DNA from: an uncultured virus (IMG/VR IMGVR_UViG_3300044694_000062)
Lineage: Duplodnaviria > Heunggongvirae > Uroviricota > Caudoviricetes
Direction: 5' to 3' (one strand)
Length of the DNA stretch: 64,000 bases
Virus record (IMG/VR): IMGVR_UViG_3300044694_000062
Span: 1-64,000 of that record
The position numbers and the translations under genes are program-made. Of the stretch, positions 9,795 to 18,312 are shown in pieces. Position 1 is the stretch's first letter, and the number at the start of each line of letters is the position of its first letter. The notes beneath the pieces are model-generated. The model saw nothing but the letters and a program-made list of their open reading frames with translations, was not told where the DNA came from and ran no database searches.

Positions 9795-10430
9795 TGGTTG
9801 AGGGTGGCGCGCCTCGCATGCGGCAGCGTCAACAAGAAAGGAGGAGTTGAGATGTAAGCCCATGAAACAGGACTACCACGGCGCCAACCCGTGGTGCGCT
9901 CCACCCTCACGACTGCGCCCAGCTCCCGGCAAGGGAGGCCCCGTACAGACTTCGGGGGTACGGCCCCTATCCAGGCGCATGCGTGAAGGCTGAGGGTGCC
10001 TGGTCGCGAGCCAGGACGCGGCGAACACAGATCACCATGCGGCAGCGCTTCCGCTTAACTTCCACCCTCACGACTGCGCCCGACTTCCCTGGCACCAGGG
10101 CCAGGATTGTCACGGCGGCTCACCGTGTCCGCCGACACGGCTCAGGCGCATGCGTGAAGGTGGCCGCTTACGGCGGCCAGTCGTCCGGGTACGTCTCCGG
10201 CGCAGGCTTTCACTGCTCGTGCTGCTGGTACTGCTGCGGGGCTGGTTGACAGCCAATCCCCTCGCGCGTCTTCATGACTGCCGGGCCCGTTCGATCTCGG
10301 TAGCGCTCCCCGGTTACGTTAGCCAACCGGCGTCACCCGGTTGGCCCTCTCGCGTTCGCTTCCACAGGTTGTTCGTTGAGGCCTCTGGCCTCCGTCACAC
10401 CACTCCTATGTCCACCACGGGTCCGGCAGG
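9795..10430 (-). ncRNA. Array of tRNA-like structured RNA units joined by repeated linker stems
   Basis: Exact 21-bp repeat at 9900-9920 and 10061-10081; exact 18-bp repeat at 9972-9989 and 10143-10160. Unit 9991-10070 folds as a cloverleaf; unit 9795-9909 ends in ACCA. Confidence 0.65.
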
Positions 10431-10450
10431 TGTCGCGTCGGGTTCGATGC

Positions 10451-10633
10451 TCAGGCCGCGCTCAGCTGCGCCGGACGCAGCTTCAGCAGCTTCTTGGAGG
10501 TGGAGTCCACCACGTGGATGAACTGGCCGTTCACGCCCGCCGGCGGGATTTCCTTGATCTTGCCGGTGCCCGTGTTGCCGCGCTGCGTGCGGTACTTGAC
10601 CTGCTTGTTGAGCTTGGGGGTGAAGGTGCTCAC
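10451..10633 (-). CDS. Small basic hypothetical protein (60 aa)
   Basis: GGAG RBS and GTG start, just downstream of tRNA-Met. Confidence 0.65.
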   Translation of the reverse strand: MSTFTPKLNKQVKYRTQRGNTGTGKIKEIPPAGVNGQFIHVVDSTSKKLLKLRPAQLSAA

Positions 10634-10658
10634 GTGATCTCCGTGTGGTGAAGGAATC

Positions 10659-10735
10659 TGGTTGCGGTGGCAGGCTTCGATCCTGCGACCCGCGGGGTAT
10701 GAACCCGCTGCTCTACCTGGCTGAGCTACACCGCT
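10659..10735 (-). tRNA. tRNA-Met(CAT), initiator-like
   Basis: AGCGGTGTAGCTCAGCCAGGTAGAGCAGCGGGTTCATACCCCGCGGGTCGCAGGATCGAAGCCTGCCACCGCAACCA. It has an unpaired 1:72, GGG/CCC in the anticodon stem, and an encoded CCA. Confidence 0.9.
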
Positions 10736-10748
10736 GTCGATGGGGTCG

Positions 10749-10778
10749 ATTGTGGGGCTGATGATCAGATTTGATCAA
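10749..10778 (-). promoter_or_regulatory. Sigma70-like promoter for tRNA-Met and the RNA array, overlapped by an operator palindrome
   Basis: TTGATC-N18-CACAAT on the minus strand; TGATCAGATTTGATCA at 10762-10777. Confidence 0.55.
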
Positions 10779-10794
10779 GCAATCCCCATGCGAA

Positions 10795-10968
10795 TTACTC
10801 GGATTTGTCTTCCGGCTTCGCGGGCTGCTTTGCCTTCTGGCGCTCTGCCAACATCTTCTGCAGGGTCGGCGAGAGTGCCGTCTTCCGGTACTCCGGCGAC
10901 AGCGGCTTGACGTCCTGGCAGTCGTAGTCGTCGTACAGGTCCGGGCGCTGCTCGGGGGTTGGGATCAT
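10795..10968 (-). CDS. Small protein translationally coupled to the zeta-like gene
   Basis: ATGA overlap with the stop at 10965; 57 aa, MIPTPEQRPDLYDDYD... Confidence 0.6.
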   Translation of the reverse strand: MIPTPEQRPDLYDDYDCQDVKPLSPEYRKTALSPTLQKMLAERQKAKQPAKPEDKSE

Positions 10969-12560
10969 GGCCTTTTCCATACCAAGAGGATAGTTGCTCC
11001 GAGGGACTTCTTCAATGGCTGCTCCTCGTGATCCTTGCCGCCCTGGCTGATCAAGATCGGCTCCTGGCCCTGCTGCACGTTGTTGTCCCGGAACGACCAG
11101 CGGTCGGCGTGCTCGCGCACCTGATCGAACGTCTTCTCGTTCTCGGTGTTGCCCAGCACGACGTCGACCGGCACGTACCGCTGCGTCTTGCCAAGGAAGC
11201 GCTGCACGGCGCGCTTGGCTGCCTCCTGCCGCGGCAGGTGCATGTAGTGGGCCTCGACACGGTAGCCGGCGCCTTTGAACTCGTCGAGCTTCTTGAGCGT
11301 GCTCTTGGCGGTCTTCATCGTGGCATCGAGCACCACGTTGCAGCCGAAGTCGCGGGCCATCTTGATGATCTCGTCGGTGATGTCGCTCGACTCGGAGTGC
11401 ACCTGGTGGGCGTTCCATCCCTCGTACTCGGGCAGCATGCCCTTGATCTCGTCCGGATCGATGACGATCGCATGCGCCTCGTCGTAGACCTTGCCCTTGA
11501 ACCAGCTCTTGCCCGAGCCGCCGCGGCCGCCCAGCAGCGTGAGCGTGGGCTTCTGACCCTCGGGTGGCGTCGCCGCGATCACCTTCTCCGGCGAGAGGAA
11601 GTGATCGTAGATTTTCACGTGCAGCGCCTTGCGCTTCTCGTCGTAGTCGTCGCCTTGCTTGTGCTGCTCGATCGTTTCTTCGACGGACTTCAGACGCTCC
11701 TGCACCGCCTGGATCTTCTCGGCTGTGTCGGGCGGGAACTGCGACAGGATCGCCTCGGGCGTCACGTTGGGGTCGTTGTGCTGCGCCGCGTAGTCGCCCG
11801 CCTTGAACTGGTCCGCTGGGATCGGCTTCTGCTCGCCGCGCACACCGTGCTGCACGGTCGGCTTCTGGCCCTCGCGCGGCTCGTGGCCTGTGATCTCGGC
11901 CCACCGCACCTGGTGCACGCGGCCACTGGCGTCCTTGACGTGCGCGCCGTCGGCGCCGGGCTCGCCGACGATGACGCCGCTGCCCTGGAAGTCGCCGGCG
12001 GCGAAGTGCACGGTGTCGCCGGCGCTCAGGTTGTGCGTGCCGTAGCCGTGCGCGGCGCCAGCCTCGGCATCGCCGGCGGCGCGCTGGCGCTGCCTCGGCT
12101 GGTCCTTCTGTGTGCGCACGTAGCGCGTGGTCTGCACGCCGCGCTTGTCGGTCAGGTGCTTTTCGGTCAGCCCCGGGCGCGTCGGCCCCTTCGGTTCGCC
12201 AGCCTTGAGCAGCAGCACCGGGCGCCGCGGGTCGAGTGCCTTCGCCACGTAGGGATCCTCTTTTGCCTCGTTGGGGGTCGCCAGGTAGCGGCGGTTGCCG
12301 GCGTGATCCTCCAGGATCATGCCGTCCTCGCCCTGGTCGGTGATGCGGTAGCGCAGCTTCGCGCGCTTCTTGTGCCCGAGCACCCGGTCCCAGGTGAACT
12401 TGTGGTGCTTGCCCTCGATCTCGCCCGTGACGCCATGGCGGCCGTGCGCGACCACGCGGCACGTGTGCGGCTGGCCGCCGTGATGCACGTAGAGCTCGTC
12501 GCCGACGGCGACGTCCTTGGGCTCCTTCTCGGGCTGCTGCTTCTGCTGCTGTGGCTTCAT
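10965..12560 (-). CDS. Multidomain protein with C-terminal zeta-toxin-like P-loop kinase
   Basis: LLGGRGGSGKS, VIDPDEIKGMLPEY, VHSESS, NVVLDATMK and AVQRF...RYVP. The start overlaps the portal stop (TGATG). Confidence 0.85.
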   Translation of the reverse strand: MKPQQQKQQPEKEPKDVAVGDELYVHHGGQPHTCRVVAHGRHGVTGEIEGKHHKFTWDRVLGHKKRAKLRYRITDQGEDGMILEDHAGNRRYLATPNEAKEDPYVAKALDPRRPVLLLKAGEPKGPTRPGLTEKHLTDKRGVQTTRYVRTQKDQPRQRQRAAGDAEAGAAHGYGTHNLSAGDTVHFAAGDFQGSGVIVGEPGADGAHVKDASGRVHQVRWAEITGHEPREGQKPTVQHGVRGEQKPIPADQFKAGDYAAQHNDPNVTPEAILSQFPPDTAEKIQAVQERLKSVEETIEQHKQGDDYDEKRKALHVKIYDHFLSPEKVIAATPPEGQKPTLTLLGGRGGSGKSWFKGKVYDEAHAIVIDPDEIKGMLPEYEGWNAHQVHSESSDITDEIIKMARDFGCNVVLDATMKTAKSTLKKLDEFKGAGYRVEAHYMHLPRQEAAKRAVQRFLGKTQRYVPVDVVLGNTENEKTFDQVREHADRWSFRDNNVQQGQEPILISQGGKDHEEQPLKKSLGATILLVWKRP

Positions 12561-14317
12561 CACGGCTCGATTTTGAACACCGGCAGGCCGAAGGCCTTCG
12601 CCATCGTGGCGCTGTCGGCAGGCTCGTCGCCGCCGCCCTGGATGTCGTCGCCGCCGGCCTGGCCGAAGTCGGCGCCGGTGTCGTTCTCGTCGCCCGGGCT
12701 GCCAAAGTCCTGGCCCTCGGCTGACGCACCCTCGTCGTCGCCTGGCGGCTGCTGCTGCCCGGGCTGGCCGAAGTCGGTCTCCTGCGGCATGTTCTCTTGC
12801 TGCCAGGCGCCGAGCAGGGCGGGGTTGAGCGGCGCGTCGCCGACCTTGCCAGGGATCTTCGGCAGGTCGTCGAGTGCACGCATCTCGTTCCACGTCATCG
12901 ACAGCTTCTGGCGCTCGGCTGCCGACTTCGGATCCTCCTCGTCGAGGCCTGTCCAGCGGAACACGTACTTGTCTCCGTACTCCGAGACCACGTAGTCGGT
13001 GAACAGGTTCTCGAAGTAGCTCAACAGCGGCCGCAGGCCCTTGTCCTTCGACGAGACCAGCTTCTCCTCGGTGTCGTCGCCGCTCAGCGAGCTCGTGCCG
13101 GCGGTGAAGCTCTCGAAGTTGATCTCCTCGGGAGCGATACCGTAGATCGCGCAGATGATGCTCACGAGGAACACCATCCACTTCGCGAACATGATCTCGT
13201 TGACCTCGACACCGAAGTTCTCGAACGTGGCCTTCGACTCCTGGTCCTTCGACACCATCACCGGCAGCGACCAGGCATTGTTGATGCCCTTGACCATCGC
13301 GTTCCAGAAGCGCTTGAACGCGGTGATGTCGTTGTCGTCGTAGTTGCCAGACAGGTGCAGCAGGCCCTTCGGGATCTGATTCGAGTCGAAGAACTTGGTG
13401 TTGTAGGTGAAGGCGTTCAGGAAGCCAGTCACCGTGCGCACCAGCAGCTCCGTCTCGCTCAGGCCGTAGCCGCCAGCGTTCACGTCCGCCAGCGGGTTGC
13501 GAGGGACGTAGATCAGGTCGTCGTAGGTGTAGACCGCGCGCACCTGGCCCTGCACCACCTGCAGGGCGTAAATCTCGTCGTCGCCCTCGTAGCCGAGCTC
13601 AGTGCACAGCCGCACCGTCGCGCCGTCGACCGCATACATGCCGTCGATGCCCTGGCTGCGATCGCGCTTGAACTCCGTCTCGATCGGCATCGAGTCCAGG
13701 GTCAGCGACTCCCGCACCAGCTTGCCCATGAACGACGTGAAGTCGTCGCGCTTCAGGCGCCGGCGCGCGCGCGGGTTCTTCTCCCAGCCGCAGTTGCTGA
13801 AGAAATCCTGCAGCAGCGCGATGGACTGCTCCTCCTCGGGGCCGGTGTGCGCCGTCTTGTCCTTCAGCGCGATCTTGAAACCGTAGCCCTTGCCGTTCTC
13901 CTGCGGACGGCAGAAGCGTTGCACCTGGCGAATGCGCTGCATGATCACGGCGCCAAGCACCGGCGTCTCGCGCACCATCATGCGCAGAGAGTCGAACGGC
14001 ATCGAGCCAGGGCGCTCGTACCAGTCGCCTTGCACCGTCACCAGCATGTCGTCGAGCGTGACCGACTGCATGCCGGGCTTGCGGTTTTTGACCGCCAGCG
14101 ACGGGAATGGGATCACGTTTTGCTTGGTGAGCGACTTCTGGAACTCCTGTTCCTCGGCCTGATGCCGGATGAAGTCGATCAGGGGCGCCAGGTTACCGAC
14201 GTTCTTGGTGATGTCGGATGACGTTGGGGCATGCGCCTTCTGCAGCTCCGCTTGGGCGTCGCGGCGCTCGTCGGCAGGCGCGTCGGGATTGAAGGCAACG
14301 GAGGCGGCATTGTCCAT
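12560..14317 (-). CDS. Portal protein
   Basis: 585 aa with portal-like segments (YVPRNP...GYGLSETE, FFDSNQIPKGLL, ICAIYGIAPEEINF); lies downstream of the terminase. Confidence 0.85.
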   Translation of the reverse strand: MDNAASVAFNPDAPADERRDAQAELQKAHAPTSSDITKNVGNLAPLIDFIRHQAEEQEFQKSLTKQNVIPFPSLAVKNRKPGMQSVTLDDMLVTVQGDWYERPGSMPFDSLRMMVRETPVLGAVIMQRIRQVQRFCRPQENGKGYGFKIALKDKTAHTGPEEEQSIALLQDFFSNCGWEKNPRARRRLKRDDFTSFMGKLVRESLTLDSMPIETEFKRDRSQGIDGMYAVDGATVRLCTELGYEGDDEIYALQVVQGQVRAVYTYDDLIYVPRNPLADVNAGGYGLSETELLVRTVTGFLNAFTYNTKFFDSNQIPKGLLHLSGNYDDNDITAFKRFWNAMVKGINNAWSLPVMVSKDQESKATFENFGVEVNEIMFAKWMVFLVSIICAIYGIAPEEINFESFTAGTSSLSGDDTEEKLVSSKDKGLRPLLSYFENLFTDYVVSEYGDKYVFRWTGLDEEDPKSAAERQKLSMTWNEMRALDDLPKIPGKVGDAPLNPALLGAWQQENMPQETDFGQPGQQQPPGDDEGASAEGQDFGSPGDENDTGADFGQAGGDDIQGGGDEPADSATMAKAFGLPVFKIEP

Positions 14318-14363
14318 GTCGCCATGGTGTCGTCACGACGACCGGAGCGGCGCGGACGCTGAT

Positions 14364-14393
14364 TTGATCTTTTTTGATTAGCTGGCGTACAAT
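14364..14393 (+). promoter_or_regulatory. Sigma70-like promoter with operator
   Basis: TTGATC-N18-TACAAT; operator-like TGATCTTTTTTGATTA at 14365-14380. Confidence 0.55.
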
Positions 14394-14423
14394 TCGACCA
14401 CCCCGCAACCCATTGGAGAGTCT

Positions 14424-14663
14424 GTGAAATCACCCGTTCACCCCGACCGGATCATCGTCGCCGCAGGCGTCATTCTGATTCCGCTGGTGCTCTGCCTGGT
14501 GCTCGGCATCAGCAGCTACTTCACCCTCGCGATCGCCGCCTGCGGCCTGCTGCGGCTGCTGGTGAAGTACGCCCCGACGAACAACGGCTGTGCCGGCGGC
14601 GGCTGCCAGCAGGGCCGGCGGCCTGGGCGGTGCGACTGCGGGATGGGGGTGGGTCGTGGCTGA
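14424..14663 (+). CDS. Small membrane protein with Cys-rich tail
   Basis: GGAG RBS, two hydrophobic segments, CAGGGCQQGRRPGRCDC. Confidence 0.6.
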   Translation: MKSPVHPDRIIVAAGVILIPLVLCLVLGISSYFTLAIAACGLLRLLVKYAPTNNGCAGGGCQQGRRPGRCDCGMGVGRG

Positions 14664-15510
14664 GAACACCAATATCGCGCCACTGCCATCCCTTCAGAAG
14701 AAATTTTGGAGCCTTGTGAACGAATGGGGTGCTGCGCACCCGAGCGTAATGGGGCGCCAGGACATCGCGGCGGCGCTGCAGATGTGCGTGCAGGAGTATG
14801 CGCGTGAAGCGATCTCCGCACATCTGCAGTCCGAGAATCCAAGCCGAACCGCGCGTGACGCTGCCATCAAGACGCTACAGGACCTGGGCTACACGTACCA
14901 CGATGGCGAGCAGTGGAAGCCGCCGCTTGGGAAGCCGCAGGCCGAGCCGGTGGCGGCCGACAGGTTGCACATTGGCGCGTGTATCACTGACGGCAAGCTC
15001 CACGCAACAGTAATGCGGCGCGAGCCGAACGGTTACGTGACGGTGCTGGCGACCGCCGAGATGGATGCGGCTTCGCTGCATGACCGTGACTGCCTTACGC
15101 AGATGCTCGCCGCCCGCCCTCCCGTGGCGCAGCAGGGGGCAGCAGAGCCGGTGGCGTGGCGAACGAAGTTCGATGAACTGCTCGAAGACTACGCTATGGC
15201 GCGGGTAGAGACAGCGCTTTTCAATGCAAAGGTCATCCAACGGGGCAGGCTCGCAAGGCCACGATTGGAAGCGTTGCAGCAGCATGTCGCAGCACAGCCA
15301 GTGGCGCAGGGACTGACGGAGGCACAGGTCGAAGCAGCATGGCGCATGGGCTTCCGGGCTGCGATCGATGCCGAGCGGCTGAACGCCGACGAGGAATGGG
15401 GATACAAGGCCGCCGAGGTGATCGAGAAGGTCGCCGCCCTCTGCACCACTCACCCGGCGCAGGCCGACGAGGGGCCCACCAAGGCATCCGCCGATGAGGG
15501 AGGGGTGTGA
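14656..15510 (+). CDS. Hypothetical mosaic phage protein (AEPVA repeats)
   Basis: EPVA linkers typical of phage accessory proteins; GTG start overlaps the upstream gene. Confidence 0.6.
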   Translation: MAENTNIAPLPSLQKKFWSLVNEWGAAHPSVMGRQDIAAALQMCVQEYAREAISAHLQSENPSRTARDAAIKTLQDLGYTYHDGEQWKPPLGKPQAEPVAADRLHIGACITDGKLHATVMRREPNGYVTVLATAEMDAASLHDRDCLTQMLAARPPVAQQGAAEPVAWRTKFDELLEDYAMARVETALFNAKVIQRGRLARPRLEALQQHVAAQPVAQGLTEAQVEAAWRMGFRAAIDAERLNADEEWGYKAAEVIEKVAALCTTHPAQADEGPTKASADEGGV

Positions 15511-15511
15511 T

Positions 15512-15823
15512 ATGGCTACGCGCATTGCAGTGAGCCCGCTGTCCGGACGCATCCATCAAGGTCGCGTCAATTCCACTGGCACGGCTTTCGTCGGCAAGAA
15601 GGTAGCTGTCACCAGTGACGTTCTCCGGGCCTGCGTCGAAAAGGCCGAGTTTCATGGCGGCACCTTTGAAATCGAAGGCGGCGACAGGAAATGGGTTGTC
15701 ACCGTGCGAGAGAAGGCAATGCCTGACGAGCGTTGCCGCTACTGTGGTCGGCTGACCGAAGACTCCTATGACTCGCCACCACCAGACATTTGCGAAGTCG
15801 CCACCAAGGAGCAATCAGCATGA
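15512..15823 (+). CDS. Hypothetical phage protein
   Basis: GGAGG RBS; MATRIAVSPLSGRIHQGRVN. Confidence 0.65.
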   Translation: MATRIAVSPLSGRIHQGRVNSTGTAFVGKKVAVTSDVLRACVEKAEFHGGTFEIEGGDRKWVVTVREKAMPDERCRYCGRLTEDSYDSPPPDICEVATKEQSA

Positions 15824-16554
15824 CGAACCGTGATGACCTGATCCATCGCCTACTCGCCGAAGCGAACAAGGCAGACGACGCGCATGCCGACCTGATGCGA
15901 GAGGCTGCTGACGCGCTGTCCGCCCAGCCCGAGCAGGCGCAGGAGGCGATCTCCGAGGAGTTGGTTTGCCCGGAATGCGACGAAGGTTTTGTCCTCGGCT
16001 CGCGCGTATGGCTCGCCTGCAGCAAGTGCCACGGCTCAGGCCGCACTGATCGGCTCGGCGACTACGTTCCGGGGACGCGGCGCAAGAAGGACAAGACCGA
16101 AGCCGAGACATCCGCCACAGCCAGCGTGGCAGGGCTGTCGGCAGCAGCGCCAGCGGTGGAGGGGCACGAAGCAATCGAGCAGATGCTGAACGATCTCGTT
16201 CGCATGGCACAACACGTCGGCGCAACGCACAACCAGTACATGGGCAAGGCAATGTCGGACGAGGTTTACGACCGCTTCGCAACGTTGCGCGATGACACGA
16301 TCCCGGCACTCAAGCGCAAGCTGCTTGCCGCCCTCACCACCCACCGAGAGCTCCCAGCCGCGCAGCAAGAGCGGCAAGAGGTGAGCGGCGAACTGCGCGA
16401 CATGCTCGACGTGCTGTCGGAGAACGTCGTCAACCTGCTCACCTACCTGATGGAGCGCGGGTTGCCTGAACGACGCTTCGCCCTCGCTTCGCAGGTGTTG
16501 GCACAGGCGAAAGAAGTTCGCGCCGCGATCTCGCCCTCGCACTCGACCACATGA
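15820..16554 (+). CDS. Hypothetical protein with DnaJ-like Zn finger
   Basis: CPECDEG...CSKCHGSG; ATGA overlap. Confidence 0.6.
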   Translation: MTNRDDLIHRLLAEANKADDAHADLMREAADALSAQPEQAQEAISEELVCPECDEGFVLGSRVWLACSKCHGSGRTDRLGDYVPGTRRKKDKTEAETSATASVAGLSAAAPAVEGHEAIEQMLNDLVRMAQHVGATHNQYMGKAMSDEVYDRFATLRDDTIPALKRKLLAALTTHRELPAAQQERQEVSGELRDMLDVLSENVVNLLTYLMERGLPERRFALASQVLAQAKEVRAAISPSHSTT

Positions 16555-16991
16555 CCAAGCGCGTCGTCACTGCGAAGATCCTCGCCATGCTGGCCGACGG
16601 CCCGCTCACAGCGCGCGAGCTCCTGGCCGGCGTCGCAGGCTCCGACATCCGGCAAATCACCTGCACGCTCAACCGGCTGCGCACGCAGAAGAACCAGAAG
16701 GTGCGCATCTGCAGCTACGAGCGCAGCGACCTCAACGGGACGGCGCTGTTCTATCCGCGCGCCGTCTACTGCCTCGGCACCGGGCCCGACGAGCCGAAGC
16801 CGCCTCCGCTCACCAGCAGCCAGTACAACCGGCGCCGCACACTGAAGAACCGCGTCAAGCGCAAGCGCGTCGCGAGCGTCTTCGACCTGGCGCGCGTGGT
16901 GAACCAGCGCAAGGCACCGAAAGTGCGCAGCGACCGCGGCAAGAAGCGCCGCGGCGCGGCCAACGACGACTGCGCCGACGCGGCCGCTTAG
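16551..16991 (+). CDS. Basic winged-HTH-like protein
   Basis: KILAMLADGPLTARELL; ATGA overlap. Confidence 0.6.
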   Translation: MTKRVVTAKILAMLADGPLTARELLAGVAGSDIRQITCTLNRLRTQKNQKVRICSYERSDLNGTALFYPRAVYCLGTGPDEPKPPPLTSSQYNRRRTLKNRVKRKRVASVFDLARVVNQRKAPKVRSDRGKKRRGAANDDCADAAA

Positions 16992-18178
16992 AGCTTCAGC
17001 AGCAGCACGCCGTCCTTCGGCTGCAAGGTCACCTGGCTGACGGCCTGGCCGTTGTTCACCACCGGATCCTGCGAACCTGAGAAACGCCGCAGGCCCTGCC
17101 CAGTCAGGTCGACCGTGATCGCGGCACTGGTCGGGTTCACCAACACCATGCCGTTGCTGTAGCGGCGAACGAAGCAGCCGCTCAGCGTCGGCGCGCTCTG
17201 CGGCCCGTCGGTGGGATCGCCAATCGGCTGGTCGTACTCGTCGAGCCAGAGCGGCGCCTGGTTGCTGGCCGCGTTCAGGCAGTACAGCCCATCCTCCAGC
17301 ATCGAGATGCACAGGCCGTAGCGCGCCAGCTGCACGCTGGCCGGCAGGTCGGCGTAGACGTTCACCAGCACCGGGCTGCCTGGCTGCGTCGCGTTGATCG
17401 CGCTGCGGATGTACTTCAGCACCGCGGCCACGCCGGCGAATCCCTCCAGGCTGTAGCTCTTGCCGGCGACGCCTTCCAGGAACGCACCCTGCGCGACACC
17501 CTTGAGCTCGGGCTTCGACAGGCTGCAGCCGTAGCCGCCGGCGGCCGAGGTGTCGCAGTCGCTGTTGCCCATCACCTTGAAGCCGCGCGCCTGCAGCGCC
17601 GCGAAGAACTCGGCGTAGCCCGTGCGGAATGCCTGCGCGGCCTGGGCCGGCGCCTCGCTCGTGCCGTCGCAGTTGTAGTCAGCGGTCACTCGCGGCTGGA
17701 ACATCGTGTTGTCGCAGAACACGTAGCCCACCAGCGGCGCCAGGTACTGCAGGCGGTTCGACCAGTCCCAGTCGGCGCGCGCCTGCGGCACGTGGCGGCC
17801 CTGCGCGTCAGGCTGCGTCTCGCGCGTCGGGTTGGCCTCGAAGTTGCCGAATGCGGTCGTCCACTGCACCTTGGCGCCGGCGTTCAGCGCCCACCAGGCG
17901 TTGGCGTTCATCTGCTGCCACCACGAGTAGGTCTCGTCGCTGGTGGTCTGCGGGTCTTTGAACTCGTTGAGGATCGTGTACTGCGCCACCTGCGTGCCGG
18001 CGTTGCGCAGTGCCTGCAGGAACGCCAGCGTGGCCGGCAGCGCCGCGGCGCTCAGCTGCGCCTGCAAGAAGCTCAGCACGACGAACGGGAAGCGCGAGAG
18101 AAGCGCCTGGCGGGCGGGTGACAGGTCGCGGCTGTAGTCGAGCGCGGCGACGCGCGGGCGGGCTGGCAAGGTGGACAT
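16988..18178 (-). CDS. Putative glycoside hydrolase (GHL15-like)
   Basis: GYVFCDN, VMGN, GAFLEG, WLDEYD and RRYSNGMVLVNPT resemble hypothetical glycosyl hydrolase family 15 proteins. Confidence 0.6.
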   Translation of the reverse strand: MSTLPARPRVAALDYSRDLSPARQALLSRFPFVVLSFLQAQLSAAALPATLAFLQALRNAGTQVAQYTILNEFKDPQTTSDETYSWWQQMNANAWWALNAGAKVQWTTAFGNFEANPTRETQPDAQGRHVPQARADWDWSNRLQYLAPLVGYVFCDNTMFQPRVTADYNCDGTSEAPAQAAQAFRTGYAEFFAALQARGFKVMGNSDCDTSAAGGYGCSLSKPELKGVAQGAFLEGVAGKSYSLEGFAGVAAVLKYIRSAINATQPGSPVLVNVYADLPASVQLARYGLCISMLEDGLYCLNAASNQAPLWLDEYDQPIGDPTDGPQSAPTLSGCFVRRYSNGMVLVNPTSAAITVDLTGQGLRRFSGSQDPVVNNGQAVSQVTLQPKDGVLLLKL

Positions 18179-18312
18179 GGTACTGCTCCGGTTAGAGCGG
18201 CCAGTCTTCGCTCACGACCTCGCGCTGCGCCCGCTGTTACGTCTTCCCCCTAACCCGGGCGGGTAGCGTTCAGCGGCCGGGTGAGACAATCACCCACGTC
18301 ATAGGGGCAGCT

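Noticed and set aside
9905..10075. TCGTGA copies inside the RNA-array repeats as late promoters
   Set aside because: The following hexamers (TGGAGC, TGGAAG) do not fit the nAnnnT pattern of the other copies.
9900..10163. Possible CRISPR array
   Set aside because: Only two copies each of two different repeats, spacers of unequal length that are themselves structured, and no cas genes.
6253..14221. Long plus-strand ORFs (6253-8715, 10959-12995, 12797-14221) and the 694-aa minus ORF 10795-12879
   Set aside because: Shadows or alternate frames of the head, zeta-like and portal genes. Only the last 57 codons of 10795-12879 look like a real gene.
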